64,000 nt of DNA from the human T2T-CHM13v2.0 reference genome, Homo sapiens, in the NCBI RefSeq assembly GCF_009914755.1, contig NC_060934.1, one strand, 5' to 3'. Below are positions 35,721 through 50,615 of this stretch, one piece after another. The notes beneath the pieces were generated by a model. The model was not told the origin of the DNA. It worked only from the letters and a program-made list of their open reading frames with translations, and did no database searches. Every line of letters begins with the position of its first letter. Positions within the stretch are counted from its first letter, which is position 1. The position numbers were made by a program, and so were the translations under genes.

Positions 35721-36040
35721 GGTTGGATGTGGTGTCTCGTGCCTGTAATCTTAAGTGCTTCAGGAAGCTAAGGTGGGAGGATCCCTTCAGTCCAGGAGTT
35801 CGAGACCAGCCTGGGCAATACAGCAGGACACCATCTCTTAAAAAAAAAAAAGTTTTTTTTTTTTTTTTAAATTAGCTGGGCATGGTGGCACGTACCTGCA
35901 GTCCTAGCTACTTTGGAGGCTGAGGTAGGAGGATTGCTTGACTCCAGGAGCTCAGAGGTGCAGTGAGCTATGATCATACCACTGCACTCCAGCCTGGCCA
36001 ACAGAGTGAGATCCTGTCTCTAAAAGAAAAAAAAAAAAAG
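35721..36040 (+). mobile_element. Alu (J-like), antisense to EBLN1
   Basis: Alu consensus; on the minus strand its right arm carries acceptor TTTTCTTTTAG| and donor CAG|GTACGT. Confidence 0.92.
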
Positions 36041-36689
36041 GTTGTATTAAAAACCCAGTCTATGATGCAAAGTGTGTTAGTCTATACGTACAGGTCTGTA
36101 GCCTACACTCTGCATTATGGACAAAATTATGTTGCATCTGAAGCATGAAACGGTGAGTAGCAAATTCATCTAGCTATGGCCTCAGTAAATACACTCCTTT
36201 GTTTAGCTTATCAGTCATCACTAAAAACATTTATTAAAGACCTTCAGTATATGGATCTTTTTCTCAACAAGTTTAAGATGTAGAAAAATATTACAGAAGA
36301 TGATATAAAGTTATTGCTAGTCACATATAGTTTGATTATTTGTATAGAAATTCAAAAATGGAAAAGTAGAAAACAGATTTTTTCGAAGTATTTTCTAAGT
36401 TTAGTTCATAGATTCTTTAATTCCTGTAGGAACACAAGATAATATATTACAAATATATAATAACAAGATCAACAAAGACATACCTGTGAAAAGAAGCCAA
36501 CTGCCTAGAAAATAAAGGCAGCTCCAGAGCCCACTACTCACCCAGGCTCCTTCCAAGATTAGGTACCTAATTTTGTATTTGTAGTTTTGTATTCATTTTC
36601 TTGAAGAAAACCCCCAAAAATCATATAAGCTTTAGGCCCCTCAGAACCTGGATCTGCTCCAGTGGGGAGTAAACCATATGTGATTTGCA

Positions 36690-39030
36690 TAAAATGAGTA
36701 CAACACTTGGCTGAGCTTTTTCGAAAAACTATAACCAGGGAGATATACCAGGTTCCTGGATGACAAAATTTACTGCTATTAAAATGTCAAGTCTCTTGAA
36801 GTTTAATTGAGCATTTCATGCAAGCACAATGAATATTCCAACAGTATTTAGAAAACATAACAAAACTTTGGAAAAACCTGGAAAACATTTGGAAAAAAAT
36901 GAGAGTCACTAAGAAATGTTTGAAAAAGATGATTAATTAAATATGAGGTGCTGGGTTGAAGGAAGTATGGCTGTTTTCCTGGGTACAAAACATATTCTAA
37001 ACCTTCAATAATTTAAACAATGTGGTCCTGGTGCAGGAATAGGCATGCTGACCAAAACAGACATCAGAACATGTAAAAAAAAATTAATAATCAATAAAAG
37101 AGGCAATATCAAGACAAATTCAGCAGGGAAGAGAGGAAGTGTTAAGAAAAATGGTAATGGTACAACTGGTTAGATAATTGGAAGTAAAAATCCATTTTGC
37201 TGTTAGTCTTATACCATCCACCCAAATAACCTAAATAAAGGAATGAAATATTTTAAAAGATTAAATTATAGAAAAATTACAAGAAAATATACATTAATGT
37301 GATTCAAACTCCACAGAGGAATAGGTTTTTTGATTTTTGATTTTTTGTTTTACTTTCTTTTTTTTTTTTTTTTTGAGACAAGGACTCACTCTGTCACCCA
37401 GGCTGCAGTGTAGTGACACCATCATGGTTCACCGCTGCTGCAACCTCCTGGGCTCAAGCAATCCTTCTTCCTCAGCCTCCTGAGTAGCTGGGACTACAGG
37501 CATGCATCACCTTGCCCAGCCAAGGAATGGTTTTTTAAAAAGCTTAGTAACAATGAAACAAGTTAGAAAATAAAATATTGACAGAACTGACAATGTAGAA
37601 CTGAAAAATATTTGCACACAAAACTCATTACCTAAATTAAAGGCAAGCGATATATGGGGATTAAAATACTTTCTGCAAGTATACAAGGTTAACACTGACC
37701 TTATATAAAAACCTCATACAAATCTTTAAGAACAGCACCAAGACACCAATAGATTAACATGCATAAAAGGAGGTATGAACACTCTGGCAATTCCTCAAAA
37801 TACTCAGCGTGGAGTTACCGTAGGACCCACCAACTGCACTCCTAGGTTTAGGCCCAAGACAAATGAAAATATGTGTCCACCCCAAAACCTGTACATAAAT
37901 GTTCATAGAAGCATTATTTATAACAGTCAAAAAGTAGAAACAACTCCAATATCCATCAACTGATAAACTGATAAATAAAATGAGTTATATCTGTACAACA
38001 AAATGTTATTAGACAATCAAGAAGAAGGCACTATCTCAAGCTACAACATGGTTGCCTCTTGAAAACTTACGCTATGTGAAAGAATGCAGTCACAAAAGAT
38101 CATATGTTGTGCGATTCCATTTATATAAAATATCCAGAATAAGTAGACATATAGAGACAGAAAGTAGAGATTAGTGTATGCCTAGGTCTGTAAAGGGGTT
38201 TGGGGGTAAATAAGGAGTGACTGATAATAGGTACATGATTCCTTGTTGGAGTGATGAAAATGTTGTAAAATTAATTGTGGTGATGGTTGCACAACCCTAT
38301 GAATATACTCAAAAGTCATTCAACTGTTTGCTTTAAACGGGTGAATGGTATGGTGTGTGAGTTATATCAATACACAATGTGTAATATATTATCACAATAC
38401 TATCTATATGATATCACTGTACATTATAAATAGCTTTATTATAAGATGCTTTTTAAAGTATGCCCAGCCAAATCACAGAAGAAAGCAAGTTAACAAACTT
38501 GAGGAAATTATCAGCATTGCTAATAACCAAAGAAATACAAATTAAAGCAATAAGGAGATAGTATTAATATTTTTCTCAAAATAACTAGAAAATAGTTTTG
38601 ACAATTCTCACTGCTGCTAGAAGTATGGCAAAACAGACATTCTCATATACAGCCATTGAAAGTGCAAATTGACACCACCTTTTTTGAAGGCAGTTTAGCA
38701 ACAGATATCAAGAACTTTAAATGTAGTAATACTCTGCCTTAGTGGTGTAGCTTATAAAAACACTACACAAGAAATTTTTCCTAAATATGAAAGAAAAAAA
38801 TATTTATATACAAAGACCCTCATTTCAGCATTATATATGACCATGAAGAAATGAAACATCTTAAATGTTTGGTGATAGTGGAATAGTTAAGTGTGCTGTG
38901 GTATATGTACTGGATGAAATATTACACAGCAGGGAAAAATATATTACATATTAATATGGGAAAATTATTACAAGATATCAAGAGAAAATGACAGTACAAA
39001 ATTGTATGCATAATACTGTTAGAACTATGT
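36690..39030 (+). mobile_element. Highly decayed L1M fragments (ORF2 end, 3' UTRs) with an antisense Alu arm at ~37340-37520
   Basis: aatgttcatagaagcattattt, tgcgattccatttatataaaatatccagaata, aaattaaagcaataaggagata. Confidence 0.7.
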
Positions 39031-40189
39031 TTAACTATTTTCTTCTTTTTTATATTTTCAAATTATCTTTAACAAACTACACTTAAATTTTTCATAACAT
39101 CTAAGAAAAATTAAACAGTAACAACAATGTAAAGCACTATACGATGTGTGGTTTATACCATAATGAGTACCAGATATTCAGAGAAGAGTTTCAGACTCAG
39201 TGTTTCAATATTTTATCTGCAGGTGACTGTGCTTCTATGATTTTTTTTTTTACCCCAATAAAAGTCATTCGGTGAAACCCAATTTAGGGACACCTCATCT
39301 GGCATGTACAAACACATTGCAAAACAAAAACAAAAACAAAAACAAATTAGTGATAACATACCCCTCAATCCATATATGTGATGTATTTTTCCTTCACTCT
39401 TTATTCTACAACTATATTTACAGTAAACATTTAGTCTTCAAACTGTTTCAATCTAGATTTGTTAAATCTTTTAAAACTAAAGATAATATATAACCTACTT
39501 TGAATTATCACCAATAGACTCAAACAGGGCAACAACCTCTTTAAGGAAAACAAGCTACTTGCATCAAAATGAGAATACTTTCTACTCTTCTGGAAAAATA
39601 TCTAGATGGCAACATTCTATGTACAATAGGTAATTTATTTGTGGTTTTATTTCAAAAACTTAGAATATTTGTTTGAAATATATAATTCTCATCATTGGTA
39701 GTTTGGCACATAAAACTCTTCTAAAAATATAGGTTAGACATATACAATGAAGACTGAGGAAGGACAGGATTTTAGTGAAAAGTTGCAATAATTTATAAAT
39801 TGTGCTAATACAATTAAACGGAGTATAAATCTTCAGAAATTTTAACTTGATTTTCAAAACACTGGAAGTTTAATCAAGAATCACGAGTACTTCTTGCCCT
39901 ATGTGCACTCCATCTCTGTTTTGCCAAAATCCGCATAATCAAAATTTTTTATGATTTTCCTTAAGACTATTTTATCGAGATCAAAAACTAAGTAAGTACA
40001 CTTGAGCTTCAAGTCTAAAACACAAAACTTGTGCGCTGCATCATTTTACCTTGACTCAGCCAATCAGAATCCAATGTTGCCTGGGAAACCCTCTCACGCT
40101 TATTACAATAACAATTCTGTTGCTTGATTTTTAAAGCAATAAATACATACTCAGAAATTATTTATATATATATGTATGTGTATATATAT

Positions 40190-40384
40190 ATTTTTTTGTT
40201 TTGAGACGGAGTCTCGCTCTGTTGTTCAGGCTGCAGTGCAGTGGTGCAATCTTGACTCACTGCAACCTTCGCCTCCTGGGTTCAAGTGATTCTCCTGCCT
40301 CAGCCTCCTGAGTATCTGAGATTATAGGTGCGTGCCACCACGCCCAGCTAATTTTTCTATTTTTAGTAGAGATAGGGTTTCACC
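40190..40384 (-). mobile_element. Alu, 5'-truncated, beside (TA)n
   Basis: Antisense right arm. Confidence 0.9.
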
Positions 40385-40891
40385 AGTGCAAAAACTTATC
40401 ATCCTGGTTTCTTTTCCCTGATCAGTATGTGAAGGCACAAAGGAATAAAGAGAACTGCTTCACTTTCATACTGTTCTCATATTCATTTCTTATGTGCCAA
40501 GAACTTTGGTAATATAAAGAAAGACAAAGAGGAAAAAACATATCCTCTGCTTTTTCTGTATATCCTGCACACCATACATTTCATTACACACCAATGTGTT
40601 TGTCAGATTCAACTGCATTGTTATTTTTTATCTTCCTTGGTATATGCAAGAAAAATGGAAACAAAACTTAATGGAAAACAGAAAACTGTAATAAATGACA
40701 AAAGCAGATACTACGTTGGCTACATTCTCTGACTACACCATGATATAACCATAAATTCGTAAAATTAACTTTGGAAAAAACAACCACTTGAAAAAGGTTA
40801 AATATTAAGTCTCTCCTAAATAACTTCTAAGTCAAAAAGCAAGCAACAAATACAGACTATTTAGAAAATAATGTAAAGAGGAGTAACTAGG

Positions 40892-41258
40892 TGTATTAGT
40901 CCGTTCTCACACTGCTGTGAATATACTACCCGAGACTGAGTAATTTATAAGGAAAGGAGGTTTAATTGACTCACAGTTCCGCATGGCTGGGAAGGCCTCA
41001 GGAAACTACAAGCATGGCTGAAGGAGGAGAAGCAAGCACCTTCCTCACAGGGCAGCAGGACCTAGAGAAAGAGCAAGGACGAGGGGAACTGCCAGATGCT
41101 TTTAAACCGTCAGATCTCGTGAGAACTCACTCACCATCACGAGAACTGCATGAGGGAAATCCACCCCCATGATCCAATCACCTCCTACCAGTCCCTGCCT
41201 CAACAGTTGGGATTACAATTCAAGGTGAGATTTAGGTGGACACAGCCAAACCATGTAA
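40892..41258 (-). mobile_element. MaLR solo LTR (MST/THE1-like), same strand as EBLN1
   Basis: tgtattagtccgttctcacactgct...cacagccaaaccatgtaa is the reverse complement of the MST consensus; donor GGAACT|GTGAGT at 40975/40974. Confidence 0.9.
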
Positions 41259-41446
41259 CTGCATAGCAAAATCTCTGTCGTTTAAATATAAATCTTAATG
41301 ACTTTGCTGTTTTTTAAAAAATTAAAGTATACAAAGCAAATGTGTAACAAAAAAGAAAAAAACAACAACAATGACCTAAAAAGACAGGAAGAAATAATAC
41401 ATATAAAAGGAAAAATAATAAGAAAAGAAACCACTCCTAGGAGACT

Positions 41447-43950
41447 TGTGCCATGGATACTATGGCCCCTCACCCAGTCCCCCTTCAGGTTCAAGGCTGT
41501 TGCTGGGAGTAATTATTGGCTGTTGATGGCTCACAGCTGAATCCATTTTCTGGAATTGACCTTGGTTAAAGGAAGTTGCCTCAATACATTTATGTCTCTT
41601 CTTCAAGGGTAGCCCACAATCCAATGACTGAATTCAATGCAGCGATTCAAAGACCCAGCCCTGGTGCCTTGGATTGGTACATCTCTGAATGCTCTTTCAG
41701 CCTCAATGCTCCCCCTGGAGCCAGCTGAGGCTACTGATGCAGCTGCATTTCAGTTTGGCTTTTTCCTCTGCTCAGTACTATTTTCTCCCTGGCTTCCTCA
41801 AAGGAGTTGTTTCTGAGAGCACTCTTCAATAAACTGTACATGCAAATCTCAGAGTCTCCGGGCATCTGACCTGCAGCAGCTAGTGCTGGAAGTGATCCTA
41901 GGAAAGTGGCTTTAAAATGAGACCGCAGGCACAGCCAGATCACCCACTGGCAGGCAGGTACTGAAGACCCATCACTGGGGATAGATGGAGCATGGATACC
42001 TCTGGCATGAGACAGTGGTGCAAGTATTAAAACATTCCCGGTGTGAGCTGGCGTTGGATACCAGTAAAAGGGAATGCACTGGCAGGTGCAGTATCAGGAT
42101 TTTGAGAGCTAGAGAAAGTGGTAATTACAAGGATTAGGGAATTGGCTGCTGCTGACAACAGTGGATGCCCTAGAGGAAGACAACAAAAGGCTGAGGTTAA
42201 TTAATCACCAATTAAAGGCAAGCAGCAAAGTCAGACAGCCTCTTCCACACCATATAAAGAGATTCTCATCTTCTATGAGCCAACACCAAAAGAGGCTAAG
42301 AATCAAGCCCGAGCCTCAACAATAAGAGTAACAGAGCTTCGGAAGAGGTTGAATGAGGAGAGGGCCTTGTTGGGAAGAAGTTGACCTTAAGGCATGGCAT
42401 GGTGGCATCCTGAATTCCCACATTCTCCCAGACTCTGGGCCTATAGAAGTGGCCCACTTCATCCTGTTAAAGACCAGCACTGCTCGCTCACTTGAAGATG
42501 ATGCAGTCATCTGCCTTGCAAGGCCACAGGCATTCCTTTCAGATCCACTTCTACCTCCTGTTTGAGCCATCAGATAAATGAGTAGGGTTGAGTCATAACA
42601 TGAGCCAGCCTGCTGAAAGAGGGAAGAGATGATGCTCTCAAAAGGAGATGTAGGACTGAGCTGACATATACCATCACAAACCAAGACAGGATATTTGGTG
42701 TTGGATCAAAGTGAGTAGAAGATAAGGCTGGATAAAGGAGGGTCAATCAAGACAGAGCATTGTCCTGTGAAACAGGATTTAACCCTGACAAGCAACCTAG
42801 GAGTTGGTGACAACACACTACAAGATCTTAGAAGCTTGTAGAAAACATGGCCACATTATGTGAGAGAAAGTGCTGGAACTTCCATGGCAGACAGGAAAAT
42901 AAAGGATCAAAAGGTTAGGAAAATGTTCTAGAGTGAATATACCCTGTTGAGTGCCAGAAAACCCACTCACCAATGACAGACTGTGGGAGGGGCCAGAGGA
43001 CACTGTTTAATAAAGCAATAAAGTCATCGGGATGAGGGGCACCAGCATCTCTGTGAAGGTCAGTGTGGCTGTCCCCTGTGGCCTTGGGCTGATATTGGTG
43101 ATACTAGTACAGAACTGGGCTCCCTGATAACAATGGGGATGATAGTGTCCTGCAGTGATAAGGGCAGATTGTGGGCTATTATTCTAATGGCTGGCAAGTT
43201 TGGATTGAAAGAGGGAGAGGTGTCTGACTCACAGAGATGTGAAGCTGGTTAATGGAACATAGCATCTGTAGGGACATCTTGGATGAGCAGCCAATAAGCA
43301 TATTACTCAAATTATACAATCAGGATAAATCGAGGCCAAGAGGGGTGGCTCGCACCTGTAATCCCAACACTTTGGGAGGCCGAGGCAGGAGGATTGTTTC
43401 AAGATCAGCCCAGGAAATGTAGTAAGACCCCCCGCATCCCTATAGAAAATTTAAAAATTATCCAGGCATGGTGGCATGCATCTGTACTCCAAGCTACTTG
43501 GGAGGCTGAGGTAGGAAGATCACTTGAGCCCAGGAGTTTGAGACTGCCACGAGCCATGACGATGCACGCCACTGAACTTCAGCCTGGCAAAGAAAAGAAA
43601 AGAAAAGAAATCAACCACGGATCTTCAGGAGATTGAGACCAATCAACCCAATAAAAATGACCATATTCTGCCTCATTTCTGGATCCGAGCCACTACTCCG
43701 GCTAGGAACTCGTTAACTGAAGGATAGACCAGGTCCCAGGAAGAATTCTATCACCCACAGCAAGTACATATGATAGATTCCCCCAGTCCTTTTTCCAAAG
43801 GGACATATAGCCATTTGTGTGGGTGAACTGGGGGAATAGGAATTCCTGACTTTTCAAGGGTTTGAATTCACATTGATACTAAAGGATCCAAAGCGTCATC
43901 ACATCCCCATTTGCCATAGTTAGAGTGGGCACATTCCACAAGCCAGGTAA
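41447..43950 (+). mobile_element. Ancient ERVL: LTR16-like LTR (~41447-41878) plus decayed internal gag-like region, interrupted by an Alu (43333-43610)
   Basis: LTR end caataaactgtacatgcaaatctc...gacctgcagca followed by degenerate PBS-like tagtgctggaagtgatcc; purine-rich decayed interior. Confidence 0.65.
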
Positions 43951-43964
43951 TAAATGCAGTCCTG

Positions 43965-44190
43965 GGTTCAACACCAGCTTGGGCAACGTAGGGAGTCCTC
44001 GACTCTACAAAAAATTTAAAAAATAGCTGGGCATGGTGGCACACACCTGTGGTCTCAGCTACTTAGGAGGCTGAGGTGGGAAGATCGCTTGACCTCAGGA
44101 GGTTAAGGCTGCAGTGAATTATGATCGTGCCACTGCTCTCCAGCCTGGGCGACAAAGCAAGACCCGATCTCAAACCAAATAATAAAAAAT
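43965..44190 (+). mobile_element. Alu (J-like), 5'-truncated
   Basis: Alu consensus. Confidence 0.88.
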
Positions 44191-44219
44191 TTGAAAAATT
44201 TTAAAAACCAAGACATATG

Positions 44220-44720
44220 ATAAAAAATGGTTGTTGTTTTTACTCACTGAGTTTTATAGTGGTTTATTATGCAACAACAGATAATAAGACAGAACTTGGT
44301 ATTTGGAAATGGTGTCTGCCTTAAGAAAAACTTGCAGCCTTACCTTGGGACCAGGTGGTAAGCAGGAGATGGAAGTCCTTAAAGAGCCCATTACTGAAGG
44401 CTTAAAAGACAGTAACGAAATAGCTATTGGAGTCTGAAGGAAAGGGGACATATTATAATTTATTAACAGGAGGTACAAACCCCACGAAGACAGTGGTGAA
44501 ACTGTCATCTGCAGGAACGCGGAAAACAGAAAACGTACATAAGGAACTGATAGTTCTGGCTGAGGATATTTATAGGCACACTGTTGAAAGTACTAATTGT
44601 TTTTATTTTGCTTTGTTTTGTTTTTAGCTGCCTATGAAAAGTACATGAGGAGTAGAATAGAAAAACAAGAGAAATGTACAGTTTTAAAGCAAAATTTAGG
44701 GGAAATATAAAGGAATCAGG
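44220..44720 (+). mobile_element. MLT1 LTR 3' end plus MaLR internal fragment
   Basis: tggttgttgttttta...gcaacaacagataataagaca then aacttggtatttggaaatgg. Confidence 0.6.
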
Positions 44721-44759
44721 ATTTGGTTTGGTACCCCTTTGTGGGATGACCCTCTATTG

Positions 44760-46730
<1,971 letters not shown>

Positions 46731-46744
46731 CCTCAGTACAATTT

Positions 46745-47072
46745 GTGATGGTTCATCTTATGTATCAACTCAACTGAACCACAGGGTGCCCAGGTATTTG
46801 GTAAAACAGTATTCCTGGGTGTGTCTGTGAGGGTGTTTCTGGATGAGTTTACCATGTGAACTGGTAGATTGAGTAAACAGATTGCCCTCCCCAGTGTGGG
46901 CAGGCCTTGTCCAGTCAGCTCAGATTCAAACTGGAACTAAACTATTGGCTCTCCTGGGTCTTCAGTTTGCCAACTGTAGCTCTTGGACTTCTCAGCCTTT
47001 CTAATCACTTGAGCCAATTCCTTAAAGGAAATATATACGGTTCCTGTTTCTTTGGGGAACGCAAACAAATAC
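46745..47072 (+). mobile_element. MLT2-like ERVL LTR
   Basis: tgtgatggttcatcttatgtatcaact...gtgtctgtgagggtgtttctggatgag...aataca. Confidence 0.8.
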
Positions 47073-48214
47073 ATAAACTTTAAGATAGAAAAACAGCATT
47101 CAAAATTGCATATAGAGTATGAGTTCAGGTATTTTTATATTAGAAAAAAAGTTAACAAATTAAAGTAATATATATTTGTTGTAGATAACTTGGGAGGTAA
47201 AGTGTAAAAAAGAAAAAAATCAGATCCTCTCATTTTGATGTATTTCACTCACTATCAAGAAATATTTATAGACCACCCATGTAAGTAATTCAGTCTTATT
47301 ACAAAATAGGATTATACTTTTTGGACAGTTTTGTATCCAGCGTTTTGTGCCTAATGCCATATTGTAACATTGCCCAAAGGCATTATTTCTGAAGAACACT
47401 ATATAAATGTCTGTATAAATGCTTTTTATAAATTCTAATGTCTAATGTCTAAACCACAGTTTATTTCACTATTTCCATTAGTGTTTGATATTATCTCTTG
47501 TTTATAGTTTCTCACTATTTTAAGTAATGTTGCAATAAATATAATTGTACTGAAATTTTTATATTTATTATTATAACCTTAGGCATTTGCCACTTTAATG
47601 ATAACAACGAATAATTTTGTTTGAACAAAGAAAGTACACCTTTTCTTGAGATTCTTGTACACTGATCCCTTCTTGAATGCCTTTCCTCAGCAGTATTCCT
47701 GGACTTTCCACAACTTTAAATATAGCTTTTTTCATATAGCTCTAGATTTTCCTCTTTTTTTTTATAGTTTCAAAATGACAGGACATTGTTTTCCTCCAAT
47801 AGAGAACTCCAGATTAAAATTCTTAAGATTTTTGGTTATATTGTTTGAGAAATTATTGAGTTCTCTTCTCCTACAGCAACTTTGATGATCAAGTGTCATC
47901 TTGGTTTTAAAATGTACGCTTTATTTCCGAAAATAAAATTGAGTTAACTTAAATGCCATAATCATTTCTAAAAGGTTGTTTTTGTTTTGTATCTTTGATG
48001 GAAAGGGGTAAGAGTACTTTTTATTTGCTTATAGGCAAAATTAAACCCTTCAAGTAAATAGCAAATTTCTCATATTTCCTGCCTTGATACCACACATTTT
48101 TTTCTTACCAAGTCTATCATAGATGGCTAGGTCATAAGTGAGTAGGCATGGAAAATTGATTTCTAATTTCTATTATTTTTTCTAATCTTCATCTGTAAGT
48201 ATTCCTCTGATAGG

Positions 48215-48622
48215 GTGTTAAGGACTGAATGTTTCTGTCCCCACCAAAACATATATTCTGAAGCCCTAATTCCCTATGTGATAGAAGCTGGAGATGGGGC
48301 TTTGGAGAAGTAATTAGTGTTACATGAGGTGATGAGGCTGTGGCTCTCATGATTGGATTAGTGTCCTTATGAGTAGAATATCAGAGAGCTAGACATTCCT
48401 TTCCCAGGTGCATGTGCAAAAAAGGGGTCACGTAAGCACACAGCAAGATGGCAGCTTTCCGCAGTCGAAGAGAAGAGTCAGCAGAATAAAACCTACCTTG
48501 CTGGCACCTTGATCTCGGACTTTTCATCCTTTAAACTGTGAGAAATAAATTTTGTCTGTTGTTTAACCCACCTGGTCTGTGGTGTTTTTTTATTGTAGGC
48601 TGAGCAGAGCAGACTAAGACAC
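48215..48622 (+). mobile_element. MLT1B-like MaLR LTR
   Basis: tgttaaggactgaatgtttctgtccc...gctggcaccttgatctcggactt...agactaagaca. Confidence 0.8.
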
Positions 48623-48685
48623 AGGATTTAGTCTTAAATTTATTTTTCAATACTGATCGACGACAAGTTAAAAATTCACATTTTA

Positions 48686-49154
48686 GGGATCAGGTGTTGG
48701 ATCCATGTAATCACCAGAATGCATTTCTCTTTAAGAGTCCAGACTTCTGGCTTAACAAGATTGAAGATGGAAATGATTTTGGGGTAGCAATCCAGGATAA
48801 GGTGTTGGAGAGGGTGAATGCCATCAAGACCAAAGTGGAAGCTTTCCAGACAACCATTTCCAAGTATTTCTCAGAACGTGGGGATGCAGTGGCCAAGGCC
48901 TCCAAGGAGACTCATGTAATGGATTACCGGGTCTTGGTGCATGAGCGAGATGAGGCAGCCTATGCGGAGCTCAGGGCCATGGTGCTGGACCTGAGGGCCT
49001 TCTATGCTGAGCTTTATCATATCATCAGCAGCAACTTGGAGAAAACTGTCCACCCAAAGGGTGAAGAGAAGCCATCTATGTACTGAACCCAGGACTAGAA
49101 GGAAAATAAATGATCTATATGTTGTGTGGATAAAAAAAAAAAAAAGAAAAAAAA
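48686..49154 (+). pseudogene. PSME2 (PA28-beta) processed pseudogene, 5'-truncated with 5' inversion
   Basis: 48757-49086 encodes [13 protein letters not shown]...EEKPSMY* (PSME2 C-terminus), then AATAAA (49105-49110) and poly(A) from 49132. 48686-48756 on the minus strand encodes [27 protein letters not shown] aaaa(t)tcacatttta at 48671-48685 and 49151-49164. Confidence 0.95.
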
Positions 49155-50405
49155 TCACATTTTAACCTAATAATCTGTATGTTTACAGTTTAAAACTTAT
49201 ATTTTGGTAACTGGTAAAAAAACATAAAGGGGGGTTCTGGGATGTTGATAATTGTTTACAAAGATGTGTTAACTTTGTAAAAATGTATTCAGTTGTACTC
49301 AATAATTCGTGTACATTTCTGTATTTATGCTTAATCGAAAAGTTCCCTTTTCAATCATATTTCAAACAATTAAAATATTAAGATTTTTCTTAAAAATGTA
49401 GGCTTTAAAAATAACTTAAGATTTAAGTATTTGGTGTGATCTATAGACATAGTTTATTCTCACCCTATTCCTGTAAGCTCAACACTTAGTTTCAACATTA
49501 AAAACATAAAATACACTGACATTACCAAAAGGGATTAACCCCAAGGACTTAAAATGAAATAATACAGTTGATAAAATTAACATTCTTACTTAATTAAAAT
49601 GTTTCAAGTTCTTTAACTATTTTCTAGTTAAATGTATTATAGCTTATTCTACCCTCAATTCATTGCTGTTTTCAGTTGTAGCTATAAATTGAAGAACATT
49701 TTAGGCCCTGTGTCCATCAAAATTCAGAGAAATAAAAGTTCATATTTGCATTATTCATTATCATGTATTATGCATGCAGAAACAGAGCAGTTAGGTTTCT
49801 TCAGGCTTTTTTTCCTAAACTTTGCATTGCATGACATCAGACACAAGTGTTAGAAACGAAAGCAGAGACACGTTAAACCATGTGGCTTCCTCCTAGCCTC
49901 CATTATTTTCTAAAGAAACACTTGCATTATAAAAATACTTTAAATGAATGACTTCTATGACTTTTGTGACAGATCTTTAATTTTTATCTATTATCTGTTT
50001 TGTCCTTTTCTGAATTAGATGAATAGTACATTCTCTAATGAGTTTTTATTTTTAAATCATAGCAATTGGTTCACCTTTTATTATGTTACTTCAGTGAATT
50101 TCCCTCTGATTGTGTATACGCAGTTTAAGTATACAACTCTATTAGCAACATTAGGAACATATTTACATACTCAAATATACAACATAGCCTTTTAAATGCT
50201 ATTCAGCCTTTAATTAAAGCTTTAAATGATCTTGACATATATCTAGGTTTGGCTGGTATTACAGAGCCCAGAAATTAAGGACAAAAAGATGCTCCTCAGA
50301 AATAGCATTTATTGCAACATCAACAACCATGACACGTTGAAATTTTATAAGGCCAATGCATCCATAAATATTTGTGCAATTCTTCCAAATTGTTGCCCAC
50401 CTACC

Positions 50406-50615
50406 TTTTTTTTTTTCTTGAGACAGGGTCTCACTCTGTCACCCACGCTGGAGTGCAATGAAGTGATCACCATGCTGGGTTAATTTTTTATTTTGTGTAG
50501 AGATGCTGTCTCATTCTGTCGCCCAGGCTGGTCTCCAACTCCTGGGCTCAAGTAATCCTCCTGCCTTGGCCTCCTAAAGTGCTGAGACTACCGGTGTCAG
50601 CCACCCACACTGGGA
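50406..50615 (-). mobile_element. Alu with internal deletion
   Basis: Antisense Alu lacking much of the right arm. Confidence 0.85.
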
